Source: Frankiales bacterium
GTDB taxonomy: Bacteria; Actinomycetota; Actinomycetes; Mycobacteriales; SCTD01
Reading direction: 5' to 3'
NCBI GenBank assembly: GCA_025965615.1
Contig: JAOPWP010000133.1
Span: 1-54,277 of the forward strand
Length of the DNA stretch: 54,277 nucleotides
Made by a program: the position numbers and the translations under genes. Below the pieces are notes generated by a model, which searched no databases, was not told the origin of the DNA, and saw only the letters and a list, made by a program, of their open reading frames with translations. This document shows, in pieces, positions 35,705 to 49,460 of this stretch. Each line of letters begins with the position of its first letter. The stretch's first letter is position 1.

Positions 35705-36979
35705 TCAGGCGTGCGGGGTCCGGGAGTCGTAGGCCCGGAACCGCGGGGCACCCGCTGCGATGGCGGCGGTGAGCGCCACCACGGTGAGGCCGCCCACGAC
35801 CGAGGAGCCCTGGAGGCCGACCAGTTCGGCGCCCCCTCCCGCCCGGGCGTCGCCCAGACGCGGGCCACCCGCGACGACGACGATGAAGACCCCGCCGAGC
35901 CGTCCGCGCAACTCGTCGGGCGCGGCCGCCTGCATGATCGCGATCCGGAAGACCGCCGACACCATGTCCGCGGCGCCGGCGGCGGCCAGCAGGACGAGTC
36001 CCACCCACAGCACGTCGGTCATCCCGAACAGCGTCACCGCCAGTCCCCAGGCCGCGATGGCGACGAGGACCGCCGTGCCCTGCCGCGTGACGTTGCCCAA
36101 CCGGCCCGAGAACAGCGCGCCGAGCAGTGCGCCGGCAGCGAGTGCCGAGTAGAGAAGACCGGCGGTCTGCGGGCCACCGCCGTAGACCTGCTCGGCCAGG
36201 GCCGGGAACAGCGCCCTCGGCATCGCGAACACCATCGCGATCAGGTCCACCACGAAGGTCATGAGCAGGACCTGGCGGGTGCGCAGGAACGACAGCCCCT
36301 CCAGCACGCTGCGCAGGCCTGCGGGACGCCCGCCCCCGGCCGGCGGCATCGACGGCAGGCCCGCCACGGAGACGACCGCGGCGGCGAACGTGAGCACGTC
36401 GAGGCCGTACGCGGCGCCGTAGCCGAACCTGCCGATCAGCAGTCCGGCGAGCAGTGGCCCGATGGTCACCCCCAGGTTGAACTCCACCTGCTTGAGGGCG
36501 TTGGCCGCGGGGAGCAGGTGGACGGGGAGCAGCCGTGGCACGAAGGCCTGGCGGGCGGGCGAGTCGATGGCGAACAGCGCGGCCTGCGCGGCGACCACGC
36601 CGTAGAGCAGAGCCGTCGACTCCAGCCCTGCCACGGCCTGGGCCACCAGCACCAGAGCCAGTGCCGCCTGCCCGAGCGTCGTTCCCAGGACCAGCTTTCG
36701 GCGGTCGACGGCGTCCGCGATGGCGCCGCCGTACAGCCCGAACAGGATGAGGGGCAGCAGGCCCGCCAGGCCGACCAGGCCGACGGCCGCGGCTGACCGC
36801 GTCTGCGCGTAGACCTGGATCGGGACCGCGACGATCGTGATCTGGGTGCCGAGGACCGACACCGCGTCACCGAAGATCAGCCGGCGGAACGGCTTCGACT
36901 CCTGCAGCGGCGTGAGGTCCAGGGCCGCGCTGCGCAGCCACGCCCCGGTGCCGCGACGCCCAGAGACAGGACGGCTCAC
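35705..36979 (-). CDS. MFS transporter (EntS/MFS_3-like)
   Basis: 424 aa with about 12 predicted TM helices. The GTG start overlaps the pdxH stop as GTGA. Confidence 0.85.
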   Translation of the reverse strand: MSRPVSGRRGTGAWLRSAALDLTPLQESKPFRRLIFGDAVSVLGTQITIVAVPIQVYAQTRSAAAVGLVGLAGLLPLILFGLYGGAIADAVDRRKLVLGTTLGQAALALVLVAQAVAGLESTALLYGVVAAQAALFAIDSPARQAFVPRLLPVHLLPAANALKQVEFNLGVTIGPLLAGLLIGRFGYGAAYGLDVLTFAAAVVSVAGLPSMPPAGGGRPAGLRSVLEGLSFLRTRQVLLMTFVVDLIAMVFAMPRALFPALAEQVYGGGPQTAGLLYSALAAGALLGALFSGRLGNVTRQGTAVLVAIAAWGLAVTLFGMTDVLWVGLVLLAAAGAADMVSAVFRIAIMQAAAPDELRGRLGGVFIVVVAGGPRLGDARAGGGAELVGLQGSSVVGGLTVVALTAAIAAGAPRFRAYDSRTPHA

Positions 36980-37620
36980 GGGGCGACGCGCTCCACGGAC
37001 CAGCCCGCGCCGTCCGAGCTGCTGACGTAGCGCAGGCGGTCGTGCAGGCGGTCAGGCCTGCCCTGCCAGAACTCGACCGACGTCGGGGCGATCCGCAGCC
37101 CGCCCCAGAAGTCCGGGAGCGGCACCTCGTCGCCGAACCGCTCGGACAGCGCGGCGTGCCGGCCCTCCAGCTCCGAGCGGTCGGCCACCACCTCGGACTG
37201 GCGGGACGCCCAGGCTGCGATCCGGGCCGCACGTGGACGGGAGCGGAAGTAGGTCTCGCTCCGCTCCCGGCTGACCTGCTCCACCACGCCCTCGACCGTC
37301 ACCTGGCGCTCCAGCGGCACCCAGGAGAACAGGAGGGCGGCCCGGCCGGTGCCGAGCGCCTCGCGCGCCTTGCGCGACCTCAGGTTGGTGAACACCACGA
37401 ACCCGAGGGCGTCGACCCCCTTGCACAGGACGGTCCGGGCACTCGGGACCCCCTCGGCCGAGGCCGTGGCGAGCACCGCCGCGTTGGGTTCGACCAGCCC
37501 GGAGGCCTCGTCGAACCAGCGGCTGAACTGCTCGAGCCAGGTCGGCGCGAGGTCCTGCTCGACCAGGCCGGCCGACGAGTAGTCACGTCTGAGCCCGGCC
37601 AGGTCCCGCTCGCTGCGCAC
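36976..37620 (-). CDS. pdxH: pyridoxamine 5'-phosphate oxidase
   Basis: ORF 36976..39444 trimmed to the GTG at 37620 (VRSERDLAGLRRDY...). It has EPNAAVLATASAEGVPSARTVLCKGVD, the C-terminal IEFWQGRPDRLHDRLRY-type motif (SVEFWQGRPDRLHDRLRY), and PLPDFWGG. Confidence 0.85.
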   Translation of the reverse strand: MRSERDLAGLRRDYSSAGLVEQDLAPTWLEQFSRWFDEASGLVEPNAAVLATASAEGVPSARTVLCKGVDALGFVVFTNLRSRKAREALGTGRAALLFSWVPLERQVTVEGVVEQVSRERSETYFRSRPRAARIAAWASRQSEVVADRSELEGRHAALSERFGDEVPLPDFWGGLRIAPTSVEFWQGRPDRLHDRLRYVSSSDGAGWSVERVAP

Positions 37621-37722
37621 GCTGCTGGAGGCTAGCCGCGCGGCCCGCCCGGAGTGCCCGCGGCGGGACACGGCAGGATGGTGGCGACAGAGGTAACCCC
37701 CTCGGAGTTGAGGAGCCGGAAC

Positions 37723-38841
37723 ATGGCTGACGAGACGCTGTTCAAGCCCGGCCTGGAGGGCGTCATCGCCTTCGAGTCCGAGATCGCCGAGCCCGACAAG
37801 GAGGGCAGCGCCCTCCGCTACCGCGGCGTCGACATCGAGGACCTGGTCGGCAAGGTCAGCTTCGGCAACGTCTGGGGGCTGCTGGTCGACGGCAAGTTCA
37901 ACCCAGGCCTGCCGCCGGCCGAGCCCTTCCCGCTCCCGGTGCACTCCGGGGACATCCGGGTCGACGTCCAGTCGGCCATCGCGATGCTCGCTCCCGCCTG
38001 GGGCCTGCACCAGATGCTCGACATCGACGTCGACCAGATCCGCGACGACCTGGCGCGCATCTCGGTCATGGCACTGTCCTTCGTCGCCCAGGACGCGCGC
38101 GGCCAGGGCAAGGCGATGGTGCCGCAGCGCGAGGTCGACAAGGCCAGCACGATCGTGGAGCGCTTCATGATCCGCTGGCGCGGAGAGCCCGACCCGGCTC
38201 ACACCAAGGCCGTCGACGCCTACTTCTGCTCCGCCGCTGAGCACGGGATGAACGCCTCCACCTTCACGGCGCGGGTCATCGCGTCGACGGGGGCCGACGC
38301 CGCCGCCTCGATCTCCGGGGCCATCGGTGCACTGTCCGGCCCGCTGCACGGTGGGGCGCCCAGCCGCGTGCTCACCATGCTCGACGACGTCGAGAAGAGC
38401 GGCGACGCCACGAAGTACGTCAAGGACCTGCTCGACCGCAAGGAGCGCCTCATGGGCTTCGGGCACCGGGTCTACCGCGCCGAGGACCCGCGGGCGCGCG
38501 TCCTGCGCCGCACGGCCCAGGAGCTCGGCTCCCACCGCTACGAGGTCGCCGACGCGCTCGAGAAGGCGGCGATCGAGGAGCTGACCGCGCGCTACCCCGA
38601 CCGCCCGCTGCGCACCAACGTCGAGTTCTGGTCTGCGGTCGTCCTCGACTTCGCCGAGGTTCCGGCCCACATGTTCACCTCGATGTTCACCTGCGCCCGC
38701 ACCGCGGGCTGGAGCGCCCACGTGCTCGAGCAGAAGAAGCTCAACAAGCTGATCCGGCCTTCCGCCAAGTACGTCGGTCCTGGCCCGCGACCGGTCAGCG
38801 CCGTCGAGAGCGGATCGCTGCCCGTCGGCCACCAGGTCTGA
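37723..38841 (+). CDS. citA: citrate synthase (small, CitA/type-I-like)
   Basis: ATG at 37723 ([25 protein letters not shown]). Catalytic motifs are GPLHGGA and [15 protein letters not shown]. Confidence 0.9.
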   Translation: MADETLFKPGLEGVIAFESEIAEPDKEGSALRYRGVDIEDLVGKVSFGNVWGLLVDGKFNPGLPPAEPFPLPVHSGDIRVDVQSAIAMLAPAWGLHQMLDIDVDQIRDDLARISVMALSFVAQDARGQGKAMVPQREVDKASTIVERFMIRWRGEPDPAHTKAVDAYFCSAAEHGMNASTFTARVIASTGADAAASISGAIGALSGPLHGGAPSRVLTMLDDVEKSGDATKYVKDLLDRKERLMGFGHRVYRAEDPRARVLRRTAQELGSHRYEVADALEKAAIEELTARYPDRPLRTNVEFWSAVVLDFAEVPAHMFTSMFTCARTAGWSAHVLEQKKLNKLIRPSAKYVGPGPRPVSAVESGSLPVGHQV

Positions 38842-39095
38842 CACTGCGCCCGACCCTGCGTTCGGGGCACGGGCTGGCCTCGCGTCGGCCACCTGCGAAG
38901 CCGGGCGGTCGGCCCTGGCTCTGCTCGCGACGGCCTTGCTCTTCGTCCGGCCGGGTCGGCGCCGGGGTCTGAGCCGGTTCGTGCGGCTCAGCTGTGCAGG
39001 CCAGCCTCGGAGGGCTACAGCCGGGCGCAGCAGCGCCGATGCCTCGTTGAGCCCGCGTCGGCGGGAGAGCGGCGGAGCCGAGCGGCGGTGAGACG

Positions 39096-43038
<3,943 letters not shown>

Positions 43039-43061
43039 GCGAGCCCCTGCCGCAGGCCTGG

Positions 43062-43271
43062 GTGCCGCGGGTGCTGAACCTGGCGCTCGCCGTGGTGCTC
43101 CTCGCGCTCGTCGGCCCTGTGGTCACCAAGTTCGGCGGCAAGCCGGTCTACGTGCAGATCGCGCTCGTCGGCACCGTGGTGCTCGTCCTGCCGCTCGTCG
43201 TGGCCTGCCTGGCGTCGGCGCTGCGGCCCGGCTCCCTCGGGCGCTTCGCCGGAAGATTGCGTCGACGTTAG
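43062..43271 (+). CDS. possible small two-TM membrane protein
   Basis: An in-frame GTG at 43062 within ORF 42504..43271 gives VPRVLNLALAVVLLALVGPVVTKFGGKPVYVQIALVGTVVLVLPLVVACLASAL.... It is hydrophobic. The start and the reality of the gene are both uncertain. Confidence 0.3.
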   Translation: MPRVLNLALAVVLLALVGPVVTKFGGKPVYVQIALVGTVVLVLPLVVACLASALRPGSLGRFAGRLRRR

Positions 43272-43370
43272 GCGGATGTCACTCTGTTGCCACTCCGCTC
43301 GGGACCATCCGCAGCCGATGACAGCACGACCAGCCGACGCCCCACCCTTCGAGCCACGAGGAGGAGCCGC

Positions 43371-43649
43371 ATGGACAGCGATCGCGACGTCGATCTCCTG
43401 AGCCACTTCTGGGCGCTGCACGCAGCCCTGCTCAAGCGCGACGGCCTCGAGGCCCGGATGCGCACCGGGGCCGCCGACGAGGAGATGTTCGACCGGAGCC
43501 TCGCCGCGGCCGAAGGGGTGCTCGCCGCGAGGTCGGGGCTCTACCGCTACCTCATCTCGCAGGGGTGGACGCCACCGGACACCACGGTCCGCGACCTCGT
43601 CTACGACGAGACCGTGCTGTCCGAGACCGACGGCGCCGTCCACGGCTGA
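43371..43649 (+). CDS. hypothetical small acidic protein (92 aa)
   Basis: ATG at 43371 preceded by GAGGAGG. The protein reads MDSDRDVDLLSHFWALHAALLKRDGLEARMR...LISQGWTPPD. No family was recognised. Confidence 0.5.
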   Translation: MDSDRDVDLLSHFWALHAALLKRDGLEARMRTGAADEEMFDRSLAAAEGVLAARSGLYRYLISQGWTPPDTTVRDLVYDETVLSETDGAVHG

Positions 43650-43747
43650 GCACGCGACGCCCGTTTCGCCGCTGAGCGGCAGCGCTGTGGTTCCTGCCCC
43701 CGGTGGCACGTCGGGCACAGGACGGGCGGCCGGGGTAGGAAGGAGGC

Positions 43748-44524
43748 ATGACCACGAACGCCGACAAGGCCATCGAGCTCGCCCGCCTGCACGCCGCGCC
43801 CGAGCTCCTGCTGCTCGTCAACGTGTGGGACGTCATCACCGCCCAGGTCGTCGCGGCGACCCCGGGGGTGAAGGCCCTCGCGACGGCCAGCCACTCGATC
43901 GCCGCGTCCTACGGCTATCCGGACGGCGAGCAGATCCCCCGCGACCTGATGATCGAGGCGGTCGGCCGTATCGCCGCCGCCGTGGACCTGCCGGTCACGG
44001 CTGACCTGGAGGCCGGATACGGCGACGCGGGCGAGACCGTCCGGCGAGCCATCGACGTGGGCATCGTCGGCTGCAACCTCGAGGACCAGCTCAAGCCCCT
44101 CGGCGAGGCGGTCGCCGCGGTCGAGGCCGTCGTCGCGGCCGGGTCCGCAGCCGGCGTGCCGTTCGTCCTCAACGCCCGGACCGACGCGTTCCTCAAGGGG
44201 GCAGACAAGGACCCCGAGGACGTGCTCGCCGACGCGATCGAGCGGGGTCGCGCCTACCTCGACGCCGGTGCCACGACCTTCTTCGTCCCCGGAAAGCTCG
44301 ACGAGCCGACCCTCACCCGCCTGGTCGACGCGCTCGGGCCGCTCAAGGTCAACGTGATCGGGGTGCCCGGGTCACTCCCCCTCGACGTCCTGCAGCGCCT
44401 CGGGGTGGCGCGGGTGTCGTACGGCCCGTGGAGCCAGAACGTCGCCCTCACCGCGCTGTCCGACCTCACGGCCGACGTCCTGCGCGGCGGCGGACTGCCC
44501 GAGGGCACCCGCAAGCTGAACTGA
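43748..44524 (+). CDS. isocitrate lyase/PEP mutase superfamily protein (methylisocitrate-lyase-like)
   Basis: ATG at 43748 preceded by GGAAGGAGG. It has LLLVNVWDVITAQVV, DLPVTADLEAGYGD and GCNLEDQ. Confidence 0.85.
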   Translation: MTTNADKAIELARLHAAPELLLLVNVWDVITAQVVAATPGVKALATASHSIAASYGYPDGEQIPRDLMIEAVGRIAAAVDLPVTADLEAGYGDAGETVRRAIDVGIVGCNLEDQLKPLGEAVAAVEAVVAAGSAAGVPFVLNARTDAFLKGADKDPEDVLADAIERGRAYLDAGATTFFVPGKLDEPTLTRLVDALGPLKVNVIGVPGSLPLDVLQRLGVARVSYGPWSQNVALTALSDLTADVLRGGGLPEGTRKLN

Positions 44525-44528
44525 GCGG

Positions 44529-44909
44529 TCAGGTCCGGTCGACGTTGACCACGACCGGTCCGGTACCCCGCCGGACGAGCACCACCTCAGCCGTCTCCTG
44601 CGCCGGGTTGCTCTCGCGGTGGACGGTGCGCGCCGGCACGTGGACGAAGTCACCCGGGTCGCCCTGCACCACGCCGTCGGCGGTCTCGACCCGGAAGACG
44701 CCGCGTACGACGTAGGCGATGGTGTCGTGCTCGCCGTGGTGGTGCCAGCCGCTCGTGGCCCCGGGCTCGGTGTGCACGACGCCCGACCACATGTCGTCGA
44801 GGACGACAGCCTCGGAGCGGACCATGCCCGGCGTGGAGTGACCGGGCGTGAACGAACCCGCCGACACCTTGCGGACAGGCTGCTCAGGGCTCACCGGCAG
44901 GTCGGGCAC
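44529..44909 (-). CDS. cupin domain protein
   Basis: The cupin motifs are GWHHHGEHDTIAYVVRG and GDFVHVPARTVHRE. GTG start at 44909. Confidence 0.8.
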   Translation of the reverse strand: MPDLPVSPEQPVRKVSAGSFTPGHSTPGMVRSEAVVLDDMWSGVVHTEPGATSGWHHHGEHDTIAYVVRGVFRVETADGVVQGDPGDFVHVPARTVHRESNPAQETAEVVLVRRGTGPVVVNVDRT

Positions 44910-45145
44910 GCCTCGACGCTACTGCGCCCACCGCCCCAGGGCGACACCCGCGGTCGAGCGCGACCGGGAGGTTCGCCGGACCGTCAGCGGCCGAAGGTGA
45001 CGGTCCCGCACGGCCGCTGCGGGTCGTCGTACCCGCGTCGCGCAGCGCCTGCACGTCGGCAAGCCCCTCTCGTCGACGTCCTGCTCGTGGAGCCGGCGGA
45101 CGTGTGCCGTCACCTCGGGCGGGCCGACGTAGGCGGCTGCCGCGC

Positions 45146-45175
45146 CCGTGTCGTGATCCGTGTCGTGATCCGTGG
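45146..45175. repeat. 12-bp tandem repeat CCGTGTCGTGAT x2 plus a partial copy
   Basis: 45146-45157 and 45158-45169 are identical, followed by CCGTGG (45170-45175). The repeat lies in the 293-bp spacer between the MFS stop and the cupin start. Confidence 0.85.
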
Positions 45176-45202
45176 CGCGAGCCTCTCACCGTCCTGCCGA
45201 TC

Positions 45203-46486
45203 TCAGCCGGCGGCGCCGCGCTTCAGCACGTGCACGTGGGGCCGACGGCGGACCAGGTGCGGCTCGAGCCGCAGCTCCCGCAGGCGCACCATCACGACCG
45301 CGGCGACCAGGCCGGACAGCGCGGTGACGGCACCGCCGAGGACGAGGCTGCTGCGCGGGCCGAAGGCCTCGGCCAGGGCGCCGATCAGAGGCGCCCCGAC
45401 GGGGGTGCCGCCGAGGAACACCAGGATGTAGAGGGCCATCACGCGGCCGCGTACCTGCGGGTCGCTCCCCAGCTGCATGATCGAGTTGGCCGTCGTCGTG
45501 AAGGTCAGCACGGCCACCCCGGTCGGCACCAGCAGCAGAGCCATCAGCTCGTAGGTCGGGGAGAGCCCGACCAGGACCTCGAGGAGCCCGAAGGCGAGCA
45601 CGGCCGCGAACAGCGTGCGCTGGCGCGGGGGCCCGCGGCGCCGGGCGCTCACGAGCGCGCCCAGCAGCGATCCGAGGGCCAGCATCGAGGTGAGCAGCCC
45701 GTACGCCCCCGCGCCGCGGTCGAACACCTCCTTGACCACCAGGGCGAGCGTGATCTGGAAGTTGAGCCCGAAGGTCCCCACCATGAAGACCAGGACGAGC
45801 GGGACGAGGAGGTCCGGGCGCGAGCGGACGTACGCCACTCCCTCGCGCAGCTGGCCCTTGCCGCGGGCGAGCCGGGCCGACGGCTGGAGCTCGGCGGGTC
45901 GCATCGCCCGCAGCCCGGCGAGGACGGCCAGGTAGCTGAGCCCGTTGACGAGGAACACCCACCCGGTGCCCGCTGCCGCGATGGCGACGCCGGCAAGGGC
46001 CGGCCCCACGATGCGGGCGGCGTTGAAGGTCGCGCTGTTCAGGCTGACCGCGTTGGGCAGGTCCTCGGGCCCGACCATCTCGGCCACGAACGCCTGGCGC
46101 ACGGGAGTGTCGATGGCCGAGGCCATCCCGAGCGCGAAGGCCAGGGCGAAGACGTGCCACAGCGCGACGGCACCGGTCAGGTCGAGCGCCGCGAGGACGA
46201 GCGCGAGCACCCCCATGGCGACCTGGGCGCCGATCAGCAGGCGGCGCTTGTCGTACCTGTCGGCCAGCACCCCGCCGTACAGGCCGAACAGCAGGACGGG
46301 CAGGAACTGCAGCGCGGTCGTGATGCCCAGGGCGACCCCGGAGTTGTCGGACAGCTCCAGCACCAGCCAGTCCTGGGCGACGCGCTGCCCCCACGTGCCG
46401 GACAGCGAGATGACCTGGCCGCCGGCGAAGAGCCGGTAGTTGCGCACCCGCAGGCTGCGGAACGTCGAACGGGCGTCGGGGCTCAC
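45203..46486 (-). CDS. MFS transporter
   Basis: 427 aa with about 12 TM helices. The GTG start overlaps the MarR stop as GTGA, giving a MarR+efflux pair. Confidence 0.85.
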   Translation of the reverse strand: MSPDARSTFRSLRVRNYRLFAGGQVISLSGTWGQRVAQDWLVLELSDNSGVALGITTALQFLPVLLFGLYGGVLADRYDKRRLLIGAQVAMGVLALVLAALDLTGAVALWHVFALAFALGMASAIDTPVRQAFVAEMVGPEDLPNAVSLNSATFNAARIVGPALAGVAIAAAGTGWVFLVNGLSYLAVLAGLRAMRPAELQPSARLARGKGQLREGVAYVRSRPDLLVPLVLVFMVGTFGLNFQITLALVVKEVFDRGAGAYGLLTSMLALGSLLGALVSARRRGPPRQRTLFAAVLAFGLLEVLVGLSPTYELMALLLVPTGVAVLTFTTTANSIMQLGSDPQVRGRVMALYILVFLGGTPVGAPLIGALAEAFGPRSSLVLGGAVTALSGLVAAVVMVRLRELRLEPHLVRRRPHVHVLKRGAAG

Positions 46487-46941
46487 GAGGTCGCCAGTCG
46501 GTCGAGGAGGGCAGCCGCGCGGGCGAGGACCGCCCGCTCCTCGGGCTCGAGCCCGGCGAGCTCGCGGGCGAGCCAGGCCTCGCGGCGCCGGCGGTCCTCA
46601 CGGAGCAGGGTGGCGCCCGACCGGCTCACGGCCAGCAGCACCTGACGGCCGTCGGAGGGGTGCGCGCTGCGGGTCACCAGCCCTGCTGCCTCGAGCGAGG
46701 CGACGAGCCGGGTCATCGACGGCGGCTGGACCCGCTCCGCGGCCGCGAGCTCGCGGGGGGTCAGCGGCCCAGACCGTTCGACGGTGGCGAGCGCCGCGAG
46801 CTGGGACAGGGTCAGGGAGGTGTCGGCGCGCTCGGCGCGCATGCGCCTCGCGAGCCGCATGACCGACAGGCGCAGGGCGCTGGCCAGCTCACCGTCGGCC
46901 GCCGTGGGGGCGGGGGCGGTGGAGCCGGAGGAGGTGCGCAC
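46483..46941 (-). CDS. MarR-family transcriptional regulator
   Basis: The winged HTH reads LTLSQLAALATVERSGPLTPRELAAAERVQPPSMTRLVASLEAAGLVTRSAHPSDGRQ. Confidence 0.85.
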   Translation of the reverse strand: MRTSSGSTAPAPTAADGELASALRLSVMRLARRMRAERADTSLTLSQLAALATVERSGPLTPRELAAAERVQPPSMTRLVASLEAAGLVTRSAHPSDGRQVLLAVSRSGATLLREDRRRREAWLARELAGLEPEERAVLARAAALLDRLATS

Positions 46942-46978
46942 ACCCCGGTCAACTCGTTCGCACGGCTAACTATTTCCC

Positions 46979-48448
46979 TCAGCCGACGAGGGCCCGCTCG
47001 ATCGGGTCGATGGCGAAGTAGACGAGGAACAGGACGGCGATCACCCACAGCAGCGGGCTGACGTCCCGCGCCCGGCCCTGCGACGTCTTGAGGACCGCGT
47101 ACGACACGAACCCGGCGCCGATGCCGTTGGTGATCGAGTAGGTGAACGGCATGAGCACGATCGTGAGGAACGCGGGGATCGCGATGGCGTAGTCCGAGAA
47201 GTCGATGTTGCGGATCTGGGTCAGCAGGAGGAAGCCCACGATGACCAGCGCCGGGGAGGCGGCTTCGAACGGCACGACCGACACCAGCGGGGTGACCAGC
47301 AGCGCGCCGAGGAAGAGCACGCCCGTGACGACGCTGGCCAGGCCCGTACGTGCCCCGTCTCCGACTCCGGCCGCGGACTCGATGTAGGTGGTGGCCGACG
47401 AGGCGGAGGCGGCGCCACCTGCGACGGCGGCGAGAGAGTCGACCAGCAGGACCGCGTCCGCACCCGGCAGGCGCCCCTCCTCGTCGAGCAGGTCGGCCTC
47501 CTGCCCGACCCCCACGACGGTGCCCATCGTGTCGAAGAAGTCGGCCAGCATCAGGGTGAACACCAGCAGGACGGCCGCGACGACCCCGACCCGGGCGAAG
47601 CCGCCGAACAGCGAGAAGTCACCCAGCAGCGACAGGTCCGGCAGGTCGAAGACCTGGTCCGGCATCGCCGGCACGTTGAGCGACCACCCCGTCGGGTTCG
47701 TCTGCCCCGGGGCGATGAAGGACGGCCCGATGTCGAACAGCGCCTCGGCCGCGATGGCGAGGACCGTCGTCACGACGATGCCGAGCAGGATCGCCCCGCG
47801 GGTGCGGCGGACGACCAGCACCGCGGTCACCAGCAGCCCGACCACGAACACCACCGTGGGCCAGCCCTGCAGCTGCCCGCCGGCCCCGAGCTGGAGCGGC
47901 ACGGTGGTGCCCGCCGCGTCCGGGATGCGCCGCACGAACCCGGCGTCGACCAGGCCGATCAGGGCGATGAACAGCCCGATGCCGACGCTGATGGCCGTCT
48001 TCAGCTCCATCGGGATCGCGTTGAAGATCACGGTGCGCAGGCCGACCAGGACCAGGAGCGCGATCACGAGGCCCTCGAGCACGACCAGCCCCATGGCGTC
48101 GGCCCAGCTCATCTGGGACGCGACCGAGAAGGTGACGAAGGCGTTGAGCCCGAGCCCGGTGGCGAGCGCGAACGGGTAGCGCCCCACGACGCCCATGAGG
48201 ATCGTCAGCACGGCGGCCACCAGGCACGTCACCGCCGCCACCTGCGGTACGCCGAGGACCCGGCCGTCGGCGTCCGGGACGGTGCCGATGATCAGGGGGT
48301 TCAGCACGACGATGTACGCCATGGTGAAGAACGTCGTCGTCCCCCCGCGCAGCTCCTGGCGCAGGCTGGACCCGCGTTCGCTGATCTTGAAGTAGCGGTC
48401 GAGTCCTCCTGCGGACTCAGGGGTCTGGGCGGTCTGCGGCGTCGTCAT
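46979..48448 (-). CDS. NCS2-family purine (adenine/guanine/hypoxanthine, AzgA/PbuG-like) permease
   Basis: ORF 46979..48535 trimmed to the ATG at 48448 (MTTPQTAQTPESAGGLDRYFKISERGSSLRQELRGGTTTFFTMAYIVVLNP). This N-terminus is the typical AzgA-type signature. Confidence 0.9.
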   Translation of the reverse strand: MTTPQTAQTPESAGGLDRYFKISERGSSLRQELRGGTTTFFTMAYIVVLNPLIIGTVPDADGRVLGVPQVAAVTCLVAAVLTILMGVVGRYPFALATGLGLNAFVTFSVASQMSWADAMGLVVLEGLVIALLVLVGLRTVIFNAIPMELKTAISVGIGLFIALIGLVDAGFVRRIPDAAGTTVPLQLGAGGQLQGWPTVVFVVGLLVTAVLVVRRTRGAILLGIVVTTVLAIAAEALFDIGPSFIAPGQTNPTGWSLNVPAMPDQVFDLPDLSLLGDFSLFGGFARVGVVAAVLLVFTLMLADFFDTMGTVVGVGQEADLLDEEGRLPGADAVLLVDSLAAVAGGAASASSATTYIESAAGVGDGARTGLASVVTGVLFLGALLVTPLVSVVPFEAASPALVIVGFLLLTQIRNIDFSDYAIAIPAFLTIVLMPFTYSITNGIGAGFVSYAVLKTSQGRARDVSPLLWVIAVLFLVYFAIDPIERALVG

Positions 48449-48513
48449 GTGCAGAGCGTGCCAGAGGGTGCGGCCGGGCCCCGGGAGGGGCCGCGAGGCG
48501 TAACCTGCGCGAC

Positions 48514-48756
48514 ATGTCGCCCCGTCCCGAGACACCCCCGGCTCCGCCGCCGCTCGAGTCCGACGACGCGCGGACGGTGCTCGTCATCACGCTCGCGTGG
48601 GTGCTCGCCATGGTGGTCCTGCTGGTCCTGGCGGTCACCGGGATGACCGAGGTCCGCGGCTGGTGGCTGGGCATGTGCGGGTACGGGATCGCGCTCGGGG
48701 CGTTCGGGGTCTGGCACCTGCGGCGCCGCAAGGCCCTGGCCCGCGAGCAGCCTTGA
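48514..48756 (+). CDS. small two-TM membrane protein (DUF2530-like)
   Basis: 80 aa. The two hydrophobic helices are VLVITLAWVLAMVVLLVLAV and WWLGMCGYGIALGAFGVW. The DUF assignment is from memory. Confidence 0.55.
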   Translation: MSPRPETPPAPPPLESDDARTVLVITLAWVLAMVVLLVLAVTGMTEVRGWWLGMCGYGIALGAFGVWHLRRRKALAREQP

Positions 48757-48767
48757 GCGACCCCGCC

Positions 48768-49415
48768 GTGTCCGCGGAGTCGACCGAGGGACGGCCGTGG
48801 CGCGGGCTCTCGCCCCAGGAGCGTCGGGACGCCCGTCGCCGCCGGCTGCTCGACGCAGCCCTCGAGCTGTTCGGGACCAAGGGCTACGCCGCGACCTCGC
48901 TGACCGCGCTGTGCGCCGCGGGCGGGGTGTCGCCCCGGCACTTCTACGAGCTCTACCCGGGGCGCGAGCAGCTGATCGCCGACCTCTACGACGAGCTCTG
49001 CGAGCACATGCGGGTGCTCATCGCCGAGGCCCAGGGCGCCGCCCCCCTCACGGCGGTCGACCGGGTCGTCTCCGGTCTGCGCGTGGCGATCGACTTCCAG
49101 ACCGCTGATCCCCGGCGCGCGCGCGTCCTGCAGCTCGAGGTCGTCGGCGTCAGCTCGTGGCTGGAGGCGCACCGGCACGACGTCATCGCCTCGTTCGGGC
49201 GGGGGACGGACGAGCAGTACCGGCTGCTCGTCGCCGACGGACAGGTCGTGGACGAGCCGTTCGAGCAGGTGGCGATCGCCCTGGTGGGGGCGCTCAACGA
49301 GCTCGTCATCGGCTGGCTGCTCGCCGAGCCGCGCCCGCCCCGCGAGACCCTGGTCCCCATCGCCGAGGAGGTCTTCGTGACGGTCTTCCAGGGACGCGAG
49401 GTCGCTCGGCGCTGA
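48768..49415 (+). CDS. TetR-family transcriptional regulator
   Basis: ORF 48597..49415 trimmed to the GTG at 48768; the TTG at 48753, overlapping the previous stop, is an alternative. The HTH reads RRRRLLDAALELFGTKGYAATSLTALCAAGGVSPRHFYELYPGREQL. Confidence 0.85.
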   Translation: MSAESTEGRPWRGLSPQERRDARRRRLLDAALELFGTKGYAATSLTALCAAGGVSPRHFYELYPGREQLIADLYDELCEHMRVLIAEAQGAAPLTAVDRVVSGLRVAIDFQTADPRRARVLQLEVVGVSSWLEAHRHDVIASFGRGTDEQYRLLVADGQVVDEPFEQVAIALVGALNELVIGWLLAEPRPPRETLVPIAEEVFVTVFQGREVARR

Positions 49416-49460
49416 GCGCCGTCGTGGCCCGAGCGCCCGTCCGGCCCCACGGCCCCCTTT

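Noticed and set aside
34451-36979. tRNA-Arg as an integration site for a genomic island
   Set aside because: There is no integrase or recombinase. I saw no direct repeat of the tRNA 3' end downstream, and no obvious composition shift. The downstream genes (membrane protein, MFS, pdxH, citA) look like core genes.
44884-45189. 101-aa ORF beginning MRGSRHGSRHGSRHGRGS, a peptide repeat created by the 12-bp tandem repeat
   Set aside because: It is extremely Arg/Gly-rich and runs into the cupin gene start. The repeat is better treated as a DNA-level tandem duplication.
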